The notes: generated from the sequence alone by a model not told the origin. 64,000 nucleotides of DNA from an uncultured Candidatus Saccharibacteria bacterium (GCA_964505635.1 CAZDIP010000002.1:37736-101735), one strand, 5' to 3'. Counted from the first letter of the stretch, positions 48,831 to 58,641 are shown. Made by a program: numbers and translations.

Positions 48831-49760
48831 TTATTTTTCCTGGTTAACCTTATTTTCCCGGGTGCTTAAAACCGACAGGCTGGTAACCGAAGCAAGCAGC
48901 AACAACGCGCCAAAAATTTGCCATGCGGTCAAGGTAATCCCTAAAAATTTCCAGTTAATCAAAGTCAAAGCCAGCGGATAGCCTAACTCCATTAAAGTGG
49001 CTATAGAAGCCTTAGTCTGCCTTAGCCCATAATAATAAATCAACAGGGCAAAAAATCCGGTCATTAAGGCAATAATTAAAGTGTTTTGCCAATAAAAAGG
49101 CGTCATTGCAAAAAACTGCATTTTTTCATAAAGCAGGACGTAAAAAAACAAAAACACCAAACCAAAAACAAAGCGCATGCCGGTCACAAATTTAAAATCC
49201 AAGTCAGAAAGCAAAGCGCGGCCGACCACCGTACCCCCGGCCCACAGCAAAGCAGCCAAAATAGCCAGTAAAGGACCCAGTAAGCTTATATTGGTGGCTG
49301 AAGCGAAAAGCGCGGAAGGCACGGTAATACCAAAAGACACCAAATAAGCACCGAAAAGCGCCGCGATGGCAAGTAACCAAAACTTTGCATAAATTTTTTC
49401 TTTTAAAAAAAACGCGGCTAAAAAAATCGCAAAAAGCGGCTGAAACTTTTGAAGTAGCGCGGCAACGGTAAAATTGTAATTCATTACCGTAGCGCCCTTA
49501 ACAAACAAAATTGCGGCTAAAGCAGAGGCAAACGCGCCGACGTAAATTAAGCCCAGCCATTTCTGTAAACTTAATTTTTTAAAATCCGCCCGCGCTTTTA
49601 TAAGCCCGGGCAAAGCCGCCAGGCTGTTTAACAAATGTTCCAAAAACGCAATAAAGCCCGTGCCTAAACCGGCTATTAGCAGAGGTTTTCTAAAAGGCGC
49701 GTCTGCCGCCCAAAGCAGAGAAGCTAAAAAAATTACCAAAGATCCAAATTTTTTTTTCAT
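48831..49760 (-). CDS. DMT/EamA family transporter
   Basis: About ten TM helices, two EamA repeats. Confidence 0.85.
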   Translation of the reverse strand: MKKKFGSLVIFLASLLWAADAPFRKPLLIAGLGTGFIAFLEHLLNSLAALPGLIKARADFKKLSLQKWLGLIYVGAFASALAAILFVKGATVMNYNFTVAALLQKFQPLFAIFLAAFFLKEKIYAKFWLLAIAALFGAYLVSFGITVPSALFASATNISLLGPLLAILAALLWAGGTVVGRALLSDLDFKFVTGMRFVFGLVFLFFYVLLYEKMQFFAMTPFYWQNTLIIALMTGFFALLIYYYGLRQTKASIATLMELGYPLALTLINWKFLGITLTAWQIFGALLLLASVTSLSVLSTRENKVNQEK

Positions 49761-49761
49761 A

Positions 49762-49980
49762 TTACTCAAGCTCAGAAATTAAGTCTTCAGTTCTTTGCAT
49801 GGCTGTCCTTAAATGTTTGCGCATATCTGCCCGCTGGTAACTTTCCTCTTCTTCGTTGTCCGGGTAGCGCCCATAATTATATTCAATAATATCTCTGGTT
49901 ATGCCGTCCCGAAGGCGCTGGACGTCCCTTATTAAGTTGTCTAGCTGCGTTTTTGCAGCCTGTTGGTCAAAATTGGGCAT
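49762..49980 (-). CDS. Small helical hypothetical protein
   Basis: Tightly packed in the operon with its neighbours. Confidence 0.55.
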   Translation of the reverse strand: MPNFDQQAAKTQLDNLIRDVQRLRDGITRDIIEYNYGRYPDNEEEESYQRADMRKHLRTAMQRTEDLISELE

Positions 49981-50368
49981 TTTTTACCTTTTTAATGTCT
50001 AAGTTAATTTGTTTTTTTAATAATGCCTCGCTTTTATATTTTTTAAACGGCCTTAGGTAAGTAATTAAGTACGTAATTAAATACTTGCCATACAAATTAC
50101 CCCTAAATCCAAGCAAGTGCGCTTCTATTTTGGGCAAGCCGGTTTTGTCTATTGGCCCTATTACAATTGCCGCTTTATATTTTTTTGGGGGTTGGGTCTT
50201 GGATTTTGGATATTGTTTCGGATTTATAAATACATTACCCGCCCAAATACCCATTTTTGGTTTTTTCCTGAGCCTGGTCCAATGCCGCCTATCCAAATTA
50301 GCCGTAGGAAAACCCAAAATCCTGCCCAAGCCCTGACCTTTAATAACCGTGCCGCTGATTTTTTTCAT
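49967..50368 (-). CDS. Monofunctional riboflavin kinase
   Basis: G.V..G...GR.LGFPTAN, EAHLL.F.G.LYG, LR..KK...L..QI..D. Confidence 0.9.
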   Translation of the reverse strand: MKKISGTVIKGQGLGRILGFPTANLDRRHWTRLRKKPKMGIWAGNVFINPKQYPKSKTQPPKKYKAAIVIGPIDKTGLPKIEAHLLGFRGNLYGKYLITYLITYLRPFKKYKSEALLKKQINLDIKKVKNAQF

Positions 50369-50369
50369 A

Positions 50370-50783
50370 TTAACGCTTTACGATCCTGTATGGCAAACCA
50401 AAAAAATCTTTGCCTAAAAACGATTCAATATCTTTCCGTGCTTTGTTGCTGAAATACTCCACCACCACCTCAGCCTTGTTGGTGTATTTTGCGTCTGTCC
50501 AGCCCGGGCAAATGACTTTTTCTAAATTTACAGAAAAACCGCCCAAACCCTCTATTTTTTCAGTTGCGCCTTTATGTTCAAAAAAAATTTTTTCTGCCTG
50601 CACATAAAAAGGCAGGTCGTAGCAGGACAAAAAATGTTCCCGGCTGCCAAAGAACGCGCTGGCATACCAAATTTTAAAAGCCCTTTGGCCAGCCAAAGTG
50701 TATCCGGCAAAAAAAGCCAGCCCGGCAACCATAACGGCGGCAATTACCTTTAATATTCGTAGCCAGGAAAATCCGTTATTCAT
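50370..50783 (-). CDS. Membrane-anchored hypothetical protein
   Basis: N-terminal TM; overlaps the trxB stop. Confidence 0.6.
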   Translation of the reverse strand: MNNGFSWLRILKVIAAVMVAGLAFFAGYTLAGQRAFKIWYASAFFGSREHFLSCYDLPFYVQAEKIFFEHKGATEKIEGLGGFSVNLEKVICPGWTDAKYTNKAEVVVEYFSNKARKDIESFLGKDFFGLPYRIVKR

Positions 50784-51720
50784 GCTCGGTCAAATATTTT
50801 TCCACATCAAGCGCAGCCATGCAGCCCATGCCGGCCGCGGTAATAGCCTGCCTATAGCGCGGGTCATTAACATCGCCTGCAACAAACACCCCTTCAATGT
50901 TCGTCTGAGTATTATTTTTTACTTTAATGTAACCTTTCTGATCCAATTCAATACCCGCTTCCCTAAAAATTTTTGTATTGGGAGTGTGCCCAATGGCCAC
51001 AAAAAACCCGCCAGCCGAAATTACTTCTTCCTGACCCGACTGGTTATGTTTGATTTTGACGCCTTCTACTTTTGTTTCACCCACGATTTCCGCAATTGTC
51101 GCGTCGGTCACAAACTTGATTTTTGGATTTTCCTGAGCTCTTTTAAGCATGATTTTAGAAGCTTTGAATTCATTGCGCCTATGAACGATAGTTACTTTGC
51201 TTGCGAATTTAGTCAAAAAATTCGCCTCCTCCATGGCGCTATCCCCGCCGCCGGCCACCACAATTTCCTGGTTTTTAAAGAAAAAACCATCACAGGTTGC
51301 GCAGGCGGAAACCCCCTTGCCCCGAAGTCTTTGTTCGCTCTCCAAATTCAGCCAATTGGCTGTCGCTCCGGTTGCAATAATAACGGTCTTGGCTAAATAT
51401 TCCTTTTTAGCGGTCTTTATTCTAAACGGCTTTTGGGAAAAATCCACTGCTGTTGAATTTTCTAAAACCACTTCGGTTCCAAAACGTTCTACCTGCTTTT
51501 GCATGTTGTCCATTAACTCGGGCCCCATTATACCGTGAGGAAAACCGGGAAAATTTTCCACTTCAGTGGTTTGCATCAGCTGGCCACCCGGCTCAAGACC
51601 GGCAATAAGCAAGGGTTTTAATTCCGCCCGGGACGCATATAAAGCCGCGGTTAACCCGGCCGGTCCGCTGCCAATAATAACAAGATTATAAATATTTTTT
51701 TCCATTTCCATAGTATTCAA
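50776..51720 (-). CDS. trxB: Thioredoxin-disulfide reductase
   Basis: GSGPAG, CATCDG, GGGDSA, HRR, YRQAITAAG.G. Confidence 0.97.
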   Translation of the reverse strand: MNTMEMEKNIYNLVIIGSGPAGLTAALYASRAELKPLLIAGLEPGGQLMQTTEVENFPGFPHGIMGPELMDNMQKQVERFGTEVVLENSTAVDFSQKPFRIKTAKKEYLAKTVIIATGATANWLNLESEQRLRGKGVSACATCDGFFFKNQEIVVAGGGDSAMEEANFLTKFASKVTIVHRRNEFKASKIMLKRAQENPKIKFVTDATIAEIVGETKVEGVKIKHNQSGQEEVISAGGFFVAIGHTPNTKIFREAGIELDQKGYIKVKNNTQTNIEGVFVAGDVNDPRYRQAITAAGMGCMAALDVEKYLTEHE

Positions 51721-51862
51721 AAATTAAAAACCATATTAACTATTCTACTTTATAAGCCCTATCTTGACAAATTTGCCAAAAAAACCTATACTGGGCGGTC
51801 CTCCCGCAGCTTTATTGCCTCGGTTTGAGGAAAGCATTAAAAAGGAGGGGGAAAGGAACCTT

Positions 51863-52132
51863 ATGGGTATTCCTTTGTTCCTGATGCTAGGGGTTGCGGC
51901 CGTAGCGCTGGCAAGCGCGCAAAAGAGCACCAACCGGCTAAGAAGTAAGCTGGTAAAAAAAGCTCCGGCCAAACGCCTGCATCTGACCCTGACCGCTCTT
52001 ATTTTAACCGCGCAAGTTTCCGAACTGGTTAAAATGATTGAGCACCTGTCAGTGGTCACCGTGGTTTCAGCGCTGTTTGTGTTAGCCTTAGCGCTGGCAA
52101 CCACGTCGGGAACAGAGGGAGAACTGCATTGA
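51863..52132 (+). CDS. Orphan small membrane protein
   Basis: TTGACA-N17-TATACT promoter, AAGGAGG/AAGGA SD, hydrophobic segments. Confidence 0.55.
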   Translation: MGIPLFLMLGVAAVALASAQKSTNRLRSKLVKKAPAKRLHLTLTALILTAQVSELVKMIEHLSVVTVVSALFVLALALATTSGTEGELH

Positions 52133-52198
52133 CCCTTTTGGTTCCCAAAAGTTTAAGCGCCCGCAAAGTTTTTCAACTTTACGGGCTCTTTTCAAACT

Positions 52199-53272
52199 TT
52201 ACTCATACTTAGTCAAGATAACCGGAACGCTTAACTCCTGGTTGTCCCTAAAAATCGTCAAAAACACCTGATCCCCCGGTCGATATCTGGTAATAACTGA
52301 GTCAAATTCATTTTTTTCAGTTAATTTTTCTAAGTTTACTTTCAAAACAATATCACCGGCGAGTAATCCGGCAGACTGTGCGGGCGAACCCTTAACCACA
52401 AAAGTTACCAACGCCCCATAATTTACTTTAAGTTGCCTGACAGCCTGCACCGCTTTATTTATAGTCAAAAAACCCAACCCCACATACGGCCTGCTTAAGA
52501 CTCCTCCAATTTTAAGTTCCGCGACTGACTGCTTGATTGTATTAACCGGCACGGCAAACCCTACCCCCCGCGCCCCGGTATCTATTAAAGTGTTCATGCC
52601 AACCACTTCCCCCGCCATATTGATAAGCGGGCCGCCGCTATTGCCCGGGTTAATAGCCGCATCAGTTTGAACTAAATTTTGCAAGCGGGGCTGCGGATTG
52701 TCTTCGTCCCCCAAGCCGACCGCGCGAGAGAGACCCGAAACCACGCCTTTAGTAACCGTATTTTGGTATATACCCAAAGAATTTCCTATGGCAAAAACCG
52801 TTTGTCCGGTTTCCAACTGGCTGCTGTCGCCAAGTTTAACAACCGGCAAATTTCTAGCTTCAATTTTAAGCAAAGCCACGTCGTTTAATTTATCCTGCCC
52901 AACCACTTTTGCTTCGTACTGGCTGCCGTCTAAAAGCTCTACATAAAATTTAATATTCGGATCTTCCAAAACATGGCTGTTGGTCACAATTAAACCGTCA
53001 GCTTCCAAAATAAACCCCGTCCCATTCACGGTATTTAAACCCGTGGCAGAAGTGGTTAAAGACTTTACCACCCGGCTGCCCGAAATACTAACCACGCTAG
53101 GCTTAACGTTACGCACAGCTAAAATACCCTGTTGCTCGTCAGTTAAAGCCTTGTTGCTTATTGGTTTAATTGGATTTAACTTAACATTCTGCCCGACAAC
53201 CTGAAAAGAAAAAGTCATGGCAATACCAATAAATACCAGGGCTAAACTTTTTAAAATTTTGAGTCTACGCAT
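52199..53272 (-). CDS. HtrA/DegP-family serine protease with PDZ domain
   Basis: GTGF, TNSHV, D.ALLKI, QTDAAINPGNSGGPL, PDZ. Confidence 0.95.
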   Translation of the reverse strand: MRRLKILKSLALVFIGIAMTFSFQVVGQNVKLNPIKPISNKALTDEQQGILAVRNVKPSVVSISGSRVVKSLTTSATGLNTVNGTGFILEADGLIVTNSHVLEDPNIKFYVELLDGSQYEAKVVGQDKLNDVALLKIEARNLPVVKLGDSSQLETGQTVFAIGNSLGIYQNTVTKGVVSGLSRAVGLGDEDNPQPRLQNLVQTDAAINPGNSGGPLINMAGEVVGMNTLIDTGARGVGFAVPVNTIKQSVAELKIGGVLSRPYVGLGFLTINKAVQAVRQLKVNYGALVTFVVKGSPAQSAGLLAGDIVLKVNLEKLTEKNEFDSVITRYRPGDQVFLTIFRDNQELSVPVILTKYE

Positions 53273-53312
53273 AAATATAAATTAATATTTTACTATTATT
53301 GTAATATATACT

Positions 53313-54107
53313 CTACTGAATGTTGCTGTCTTTCAGTTCCGTTAAAACCTGGCTGGTGGCCAAAAGCCAGTTTTGATTACAAGGCTGGACATAAACCCCG
53401 CACATTTCCTTAAGCGTCCAGTCCTTATATCTCCGTTCTAAAAGCTTATTAAAATCAACGATCCACTCGTCATAGCTAGGATATTTCCGCCATAATTTAT
53501 GCCCTGGCTCCACGCCAATATTACTGCAATTATTATCCACGCAATTTTTACCCCAACTGCTTTCCGCGAAGGCTATGGCTAAAATAATCCGCCAATGGCT
53601 TTGTCGGGCAATGGTTAAAGCCGAGCCTGACCACGGCGATTTTTTTTCCTGTAAATAATTTTTAATTTTTTCAGCGCGGCTTTGAAAAAGAGCTTCGGTC
53701 ATTTCAGCCCGCTTTTTCTCAAACAACGCCTCCAGACTTTCAAGCGGCATGGAAAAAAGGTCGTCTTCAGTTTGTTTTAAAATTAAATGCCCGAGCCCAT
53801 AAGCCTCAACTACTTTTAAAGGCTGGCTTTGCTCCTGCAATTTTTCCGTAATTTTCTGTTCCTGAATCTCTGCCTGGGTTTTCGGCGTGTTAAGCACCAA
53901 CCAGGCGCCCGCAAAAAAACTAGCCAACATAATTAAAACCGCGGCAATCACCGTCAACTGGCGCCTAAAATCAAGGCTGGCAATTTTTTTTCTTTTGGGT
54001 AAAACCAAGTAAGAATGCACAACCGGGCCATAGAAAAGCTTTTTTTGGAACTTTAAAACGGCTGGCGCATGTTTTTTCCCTTGTTTTGTATTTAAAATAC
54101 TATCCAT
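53313..54107 (-). CDS. Membrane-anchored protein with lysozyme-like (glucosaminidase-like) domain
   Basis: TM, then YL....SP......ILAI..AESSWG.....N...Y.....WI. Confidence 0.55.
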   Translation of the reverse strand: MDSILNTKQGKKHAPAVLKFQKKLFYGPVVHSYLVLPKRKKIASLDFRRQLTVIAAVLIMLASFFAGAWLVLNTPKTQAEIQEQKITEKLQEQSQPLKVVEAYGLGHLILKQTEDDLFSMPLESLEALFEKKRAEMTEALFQSRAEKIKNYLQEKKSPWSGSALTIARQSHWRIILAIAFAESSWGKNCVDNNCSNIGVEPGHKLWRKYPSYDEWIVDFNKLLERRYKDWTLKEMCGVYVQPCNQNWLLATSQVLTELKDSNIQ

Positions 54108-54167
54108 AAACCTATTTTAGCAAAAAAGCCCGGTAGTCAAAAGCCTCCAAACCAATTAAAATATAAT

Positions 54168-54193
54168 TGAAATAAACTGAAAGGATTTTTGTA
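54168..54193 (+). promoter_or_regulatory. Putative ECF promoter
   Basis: TGAAAT-N16-TGTA; repeated as TGAAAT-N16-GGTA at 55476-55501. Confidence 0.55.
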
Positions 54194-54205
54194 TATATTT
54201 TAGTT

Positions 54206-54766
54206 ATGACCGAACTTACGGACGAAGAAATCGCCAAACAGGTTCAAAACGGCAACGCTCAGGCGTTTGGGCTTTTAGTGGAACGGTATGAGGAAAAATT
54301 AAAAAGATACGCGAGAAGATTCCTGTTGTTTGATGACGCCGGGGACGTTTTGCAGGAAATTTTTTTAAAGGCCTACGCTAATTTAAAAGGATTTGACCCC
54401 AGCCGAAATTTTTCACCCTGGATTTATAGAATTGCCCACAACGAATTTATAAATTTTATAAAAAAGCGGGGAAAAGAACCGGTCCCCTTTTTTGACCCGG
54501 ATACCATATTTCCGCACCCTGTAGCCAAGGACAACCCTGTCCGGGAACTGCAAAACTCCGAAGCCAAGGTTATGATGGAAAAAGCGCTGTCAGAATTAAA
54601 CCCGAAATACCGCGAACCTCTTATTTTATACTTTTTTGAGGATATGCCTTACGAGAAAATTTCTGAGATTTTACAAATCCCAATTTCTACGGTGGGTGTA
54701 AGACTAAACCGCGGCAAACTCGCATTAAAAAATATTTACTACAAAATGTATGGAACCAACCAATAA
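54206..54766 (+). CDS. ECF RNA polymerase sigma factor
   Basis: D..QE.FLKAY..L..FD....F..WIYRIA.N; L..YRE.L.L.......YE.I...L.IP..TV..RL.R.K. Confidence 0.93.
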   Translation: MTELTDEEIAKQVQNGNAQAFGLLVERYEEKLKRYARRFLLFDDAGDVLQEIFLKAYANLKGFDPSRNFSPWIYRIAHNEFINFIKKRGKEPVPFFDPDTIFPHPVAKDNPVRELQNSEAKVMMEKALSELNPKYREPLILYFFEDMPYEKISEILQIPISTVGVRLNRGKLALKNIYYKMYGTNQ

Positions 54767-55478
54767 AAGCCTAAAAGACCAGGTGTTAACGGCCATTGAA
54801 ACCGGCCAAGTAAAAATGAAGCCTAAAAGCTATTTTGTGCTAAAAGGCTTGTTAATGGCTATAGGCACGGCCATTGTCTTTTTGGCGCTACTTTATTCTT
54901 TAAGTTTGGTAATTTTTATACTTAAACAAACCGGGGCAGGCTATGCTCCGGGCTTTGGAGCTCCTGGGTTTAAGCAACTTTTTTTCTCCTTACCCTGGTT
55001 GTTAATCCTGCTGTCTTTTGGCTTTATTGTTATTTTGGAAATTTTTGTAAATAGATATGAATTTACTCATAAAAAACCGCTTATTTATACCGCGACCGTG
55101 GTAATTATTTTTGTAATTTTAGGAAGTTATGCGGCACATTCAATGGCTTTGCATTCTATGTTAATGGAAAAAGCCTATAAAAACCAGGTACCCTTTGCCG
55201 GCGCTTTTTACAAAAACTGCTGCCAAAAACCGCATGGCCCGGCCTTTGTCGGACAAATTGTTGAATTTACCGAGTACGGCTATCTAACTCAAGATACGCG
55301 AGGCGACTTAATTAAAGTTTCAGTCACGCCAAAAACTATTTTTCCCTTTGGCAAAGATTTGATGCTCAATGACATAATAGTTGTTTTAGGCGAGCCTCAA
55401 GAAAACTTTATACAGGCTTTGGGAATTAAAGAATTACCGGCATTGCCCCGCGGGAAAATTTTAAGAAAAACGAGATGA
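54750..55478 (+). CDS. Membrane protein, putative anti-sigma factor
   Basis: Overlaps the sigma gene end; three TM helices and a soluble C-terminal domain. Confidence 0.6.
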   Translation: MEPTNKSLKDQVLTAIETGQVKMKPKSYFVLKGLLMAIGTAIVFLALLYSLSLVIFILKQTGAGYAPGFGAPGFKQLFFSLPWLLILLSFGFIVILEIFVNRYEFTHKKPLIYTATVVIIFVILGSYAAHSMALHSMLMEKAYKNQVPFAGAFYKNCCQKPHGPAFVGQIVEFTEYGYLTQDTRGDLIKVSVTPKTIFPFGKDLMLNDIIVVLGEPQENFIQALGIKELPALPRGKILRKTR

Positions 55479-55589
55479 AATATTTTTCCGCCTGGCCGGT
55501 AGTAACAATCAGCAAGCCCTAAGGCGACGGCTTTGGGGCCAAAGGTCGCAAATTCAGTCGACTGCCAATAAACATTAACTTAATAAAAT

Positions 55590-56030
55590 ATGAATAAAAA
55601 ATATATTGCTTACGCGATTTTACCGGTCATGGCTTTTGGACTTTTGGGAATAAGCCAGGCTTCTGCCCATGGATGGTTTAAAATGGGAGGCAACTTAACC
55701 CCCCAAGAAATAGCCGACAAACACCAGGCCATGTTCCAGGAGCAGGCTAGCCTGCTCGGACTTAGCATCGATGCCGTAAAAAATGCCTGGTCTGAAGGCA
55801 AAAGTTTAAAGCAACTGGCAAATGAGAATAATATTACCGATGAACAATTAAAAACCAAGTTGCAGGCCGCGGCTAAAGTAAAAATGGGCGAACACTTAAA
55901 AGCATTGGTTGATAAAGGCATAATTACCCAGGCTCAAGCTGACAAACGGCTGCAGCTCATGGAACAGAAAGTGCAGAATAAACAGGGCTTAGGGTTTAAA
56001 ATGGGTCGCCACATGAGTCTTGGTTTTTAA
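55590..56030 (+). CDS. Secreted helical protein
   Basis: Signal peptide ending ASA; A.LLG.S......A...GKSL...A, LV..G.ITQ.QAD. Confidence 0.7.
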   Translation: MNKKYIAYAILPVMAFGLLGISQASAHGWFKMGGNLTPQEIADKHQAMFQEQASLLGLSIDAVKNAWSEGKSLKQLANENNITDEQLKTKLQAAAKVKMGEHLKALVDKGIITQAQADKRLQLMEQKVQNKQGLGFKMGRHMSLGF

Positions 56031-56041
56031 CCAATAATAAT

Positions 56042-56084
56042 ATTAAAAGCGCGTTATACCATAAATGCATAACGCGCTTTTAAT
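56042..56084. terminator. Bidirectional terminator
   Basis: attaaaagcgcgttat...ataacgcgcttttaat IR between convergent genes. Confidence 0.75.
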
Positions 56085-56095
56085 TTGTCTATTCG

Positions 56096-56596
56096 CTATT
56101 TTTGAACCGTCAACTCTGCTCCCGGAAAATTGTCACAGTAAACTGGAAAGTCCCCTATTTGTTTGGCGGTTACCACTACAAAACCATAAGGCTTAAGACT
56201 AAAAGACTGCGCTCCCACCGCGTACTTATGTGACTTTTCATCGCTATTTTGCAATAACCATTGCGTATTTAATTTAACTACCAAACTGCCGGAAGATTGC
56301 CTGCCGGTGGAACCCCGGCAATTGTTAAAAATCAGACGGTTGGGATATTTTTTTATAGCTTGTTCCAGGGTTAAGGCAGAAGCAGAACCGCTCTTAGTTG
56401 TACTTTGAGTGCTCGTGCTTTCTTGCGGCGCCTTAGTAGGTTCTGGGGTTGTATTGGCCTGTTGTTCCTGGTTTTTTGAAATATTCTCCAAAGTCCGAGA
56501 ATCCTGTTTTTTGTTTTGCCAGACAGCTAGCCCCAGAACTAAAATCACAATCAACCCCACAGCTCCATAAGTATATTTTTTGTCTTTAATTTCCAT
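56096..56596 (-). CDS. Membrane-anchored protein with cupredoxin-like C-terminus
   Basis: TM, Thr/Ser linker, N.D...H....., G.F..YC......L.V. Confidence 0.5.
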   Translation of the reverse strand: MEIKDKKYTYGAVGLIVILVLGLAVWQNKKQDSRTLENISKNQEQQANTTPEPTKAPQESTSTQSTTKSGSASALTLEQAIKKYPNRLIFNNCRGSTGRQSSGSLVVKLNTQWLLQNSDEKSHKYAVGAQSFSLKPYGFVVVTAKQIGDFPVYCDNFPGAELTVQK

Positions 56597-56711
56597 ATTT
56601 TTGCTTTAATTATAATCTTGTCTATATTTTAACATATAAAACGAAGCTGTTGATTTTTTCCCCGATTTATGTTAAAGTCATTCAGTATTTGGTATAAAAT
56701 TCGTAAATTAT

Positions 56712-57053
56712 AAATCTATAAATATGGCGCTATCGTCCCACCCTACGAGTGGTCACCCGAAGGGTGATAATGTCTACTAATAAACATATGCATTACGTTT
56801 ACGTATTATGCAGTAGGAATAATAAGTGGATCTATATTGGCTGTACAGATGATTTAAAAAATAGATTTAAACAACACGAGAAAGGAGAAGTATTTTCAAC
56901 TAAAAGCCATAGACCCTTAAAACTAGTTTACTATGAAAGTTATGCCAATAAGGCCGATGCAAGAAGCAGAGAATATAAATTAAAACATCACGGTCAAACA
57001 AAAGAGCTTTTAGTTAAGCAAATAGAAAAATCTATAAATATGGCGCTATCGTC
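56712..57053 (+). mobile_element. GIY-YIG mini-cassette bounded by a 26-bp direct repeat at the tRNA-Glu 5' end
   Basis: aaatctataaatatggcgctatcgtc at 56712-56737 and 57028-57053. Confidence 0.75.
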
Positions 57054-57063
57054 TAATGGTTAG
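56770..57063 (+). CDS. Stand-alone GIY-YIG nuclease
   Basis: YVYVL......YIGCT.DL..R...H..G...ST...RP..LVYYE......A..RE..LK. Confidence 0.92.
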   Translation: MSTNKHMHYVYVLCSRNNKWIYIGCTDDLKNRFKQHEKGEVFSTKSHRPLKLVYYESYANKADARSREYKLKHHGQTKELLVKQIEKSINMALSSNG

Positions 57064-57116
57064 GACAAGTGGTTTTCATCCACTAAATCGGGGTTCGATT
57101 CCCCGTAGCGCTACCA
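57042..57116 (+). tRNA. tRNA-Glu(TTC)
   Basis: GGCGCTA...AGTGG-TTTTCAT-CCACT...CGGGG-TTCGATT-CCCCG-TAGCGCT-A-CCA. Confidence 0.95.
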
Positions 57117-57236
57117 ATTAAATCCAAGATTACAAACCGCCCGTGGATCGGGCGGTTTTAAAGTTTTCAAAACCGAGGCCAAAGGCAACGGAAAACTTTT
57201 TTGTTAAATAAAAGCAGGTTGCGCTATAATAACGCC

Positions 57237-58127
57237 ATGAATAACAAAAACTACTGGCCTGACCTCTCTTTACTTTTGCTCCAGGTGCTTTGGGGGGCGA
57301 CTTTTTTTATTATCAAATATGCCCAGGATTATATTAGTCCTGTGACTTTATTAGCTTATCGTTTTTTACTTGGTGCAGTTTTAATGGCAGTGTTTCTATA
57401 TTTTATACAGCAGAAACCGTTATTTAAAAATTTCAAAGAAGGTTTTACTCTTGGGTTCATTCTTTGTCTTGCCTATGTTGCTCAAAGCACAGGCCTAGTT
57501 TATATTTCTGCTTCCAATTCAGGTTTCATTACAGGATTATTTGTCGTATTTGTTCCGTTGTTTTCCCTTTTATTTCTAAAAAAAATACCAAATGTAAAAA
57601 ATCTAATAGCCCTAGCTCTATCTGTAGCGGGTTTATGGATTCTGACTGGCGGTGTAGGCCAAATGAACAGAGGAGATCTGTTAACTTTAGTAACGGCGAT
57701 TACAATTGCCATTCATATTCTTTATACCAATAAGCTTATCAAAAATCAGACAGATCCTTATATCCTAAACTTTCAACAGTTATTTACAGTTGGAATTTTA
57801 TGTTTTATTGTTGTTTATATTTTTAAACTGCCATTAAGCATAGGAAGCACTAAGGCCATTTGGGCAATGCTATATTTATCAATTATTGCCGGAGTACTTG
57901 GATACATGATACAAAATTTGGCACAAAAATATGTACCACCTCTAAGAGTATCTTTAATTTTTACTATGGAATCCGTATTTGCAGCTATTTTTGCTTGGAC
58001 GTTGGGTCGTGAGAATTTTGTACCGATTCAAGCATTGGGCGGTTTATTGATTTTTATTGCTATGGTTTTGTCAGAGCTTCCTATAGAAGATTGGATTTTT
58101 AAAAAAAGGAGCGACAACCTTAACTAA
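57237..58127 (+). CDS. DMT/EamA family transporter
   Basis: WG.TF..IK, R(F)..., S.SGFITGL.VVFVP, E.VFA..FAW; ATG 6 nt after TATAAT. Confidence 0.9.
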   Translation: MNNKNYWPDLSLLLLQVLWGATFFIIKYAQDYISPVTLLAYRFLLGAVLMAVFLYFIQQKPLFKNFKEGFTLGFILCLAYVAQSTGLVYISASNSGFITGLFVVFVPLFSLLFLKKIPNVKNLIALALSVAGLWILTGGVGQMNRGDLLTLVTAITIAIHILYTNKLIKNQTDPYILNFQQLFTVGILCFIVVYIFKLPLSIGSTKAIWAMLYLSIIAGVLGYMIQNLAQKYVPPLRVSLIFTMESVFAAIFAWTLGRENFVPIQALGGLLIFIAMVLSELPIEDWIFKKRSDNLN

Positions 58128-58219
58128 CTAATACCTGATTAGAAATTAAACTTAACTAAATCTCTTTACCAAAACCCTTTATCCCTCGCGCAAAGCTTGG
58201 TAAGGACATGGTCGGAAAG

Positions 58220-58265
58220 TCTACCATAAAAAATACTCCTAAAAAGGAGTATTTTTTATGGTAGA
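58220..58265. terminator. Long perfect inverted repeat between convergent genes
   Basis: 21-bp arms tctaccataaaaaatactcct / aggagtattttttatggtaga. Confidence 0.7.
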
Positions 58266-58279
58266 ATGGAAATTGCCCA

Positions 58280-58585
58280 TTATTTTTGAATGCTAACAGC
58301 AATTAAAATTATTACACCTAAAGCCAGCCAGCCTAAGGTAAACAAAAAAAGTTTAACCGCCTCACTTTTTTGGTTATTTAAATACATTAAAACTGGCTTG
58401 CCTAAAACCAACCCGCCGGTGACGGCCGCGGAAAGCACAAACAGCATTAAAAATGCAATTGGGCCTGTTGCCTTGTCCATTTCGCCAAATATTTTTTCTG
58501 CGTTTTGCATAATAGTCGCGACGCCAGCTACATAAGCCGTGGTTCCTAAAGCGTTAAAAAAACTTCGCAAAATTAAATTATTCAT
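58280..58585 (-). CDS. Small 3-TM membrane protein
   Basis: FL.LFV.SA..TG.LVLG.P...YL..K.EA. Confidence 0.7.
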   Translation of the reverse strand: MNNLILRSFFNALGTTAYVAGVATIMQNAEKIFGEMDKATGPIAFLMLFVLSAAVTGGLVLGKPVLMYLNNQKSEAVKLFLFTLGWLALGVIILIAVSIQK

Positions 58586-58641
58586 AGTTTGTCAATATAT
58601 TTTTATTAATAAATAACTAAATTGTTTTTATTGTGATACTT

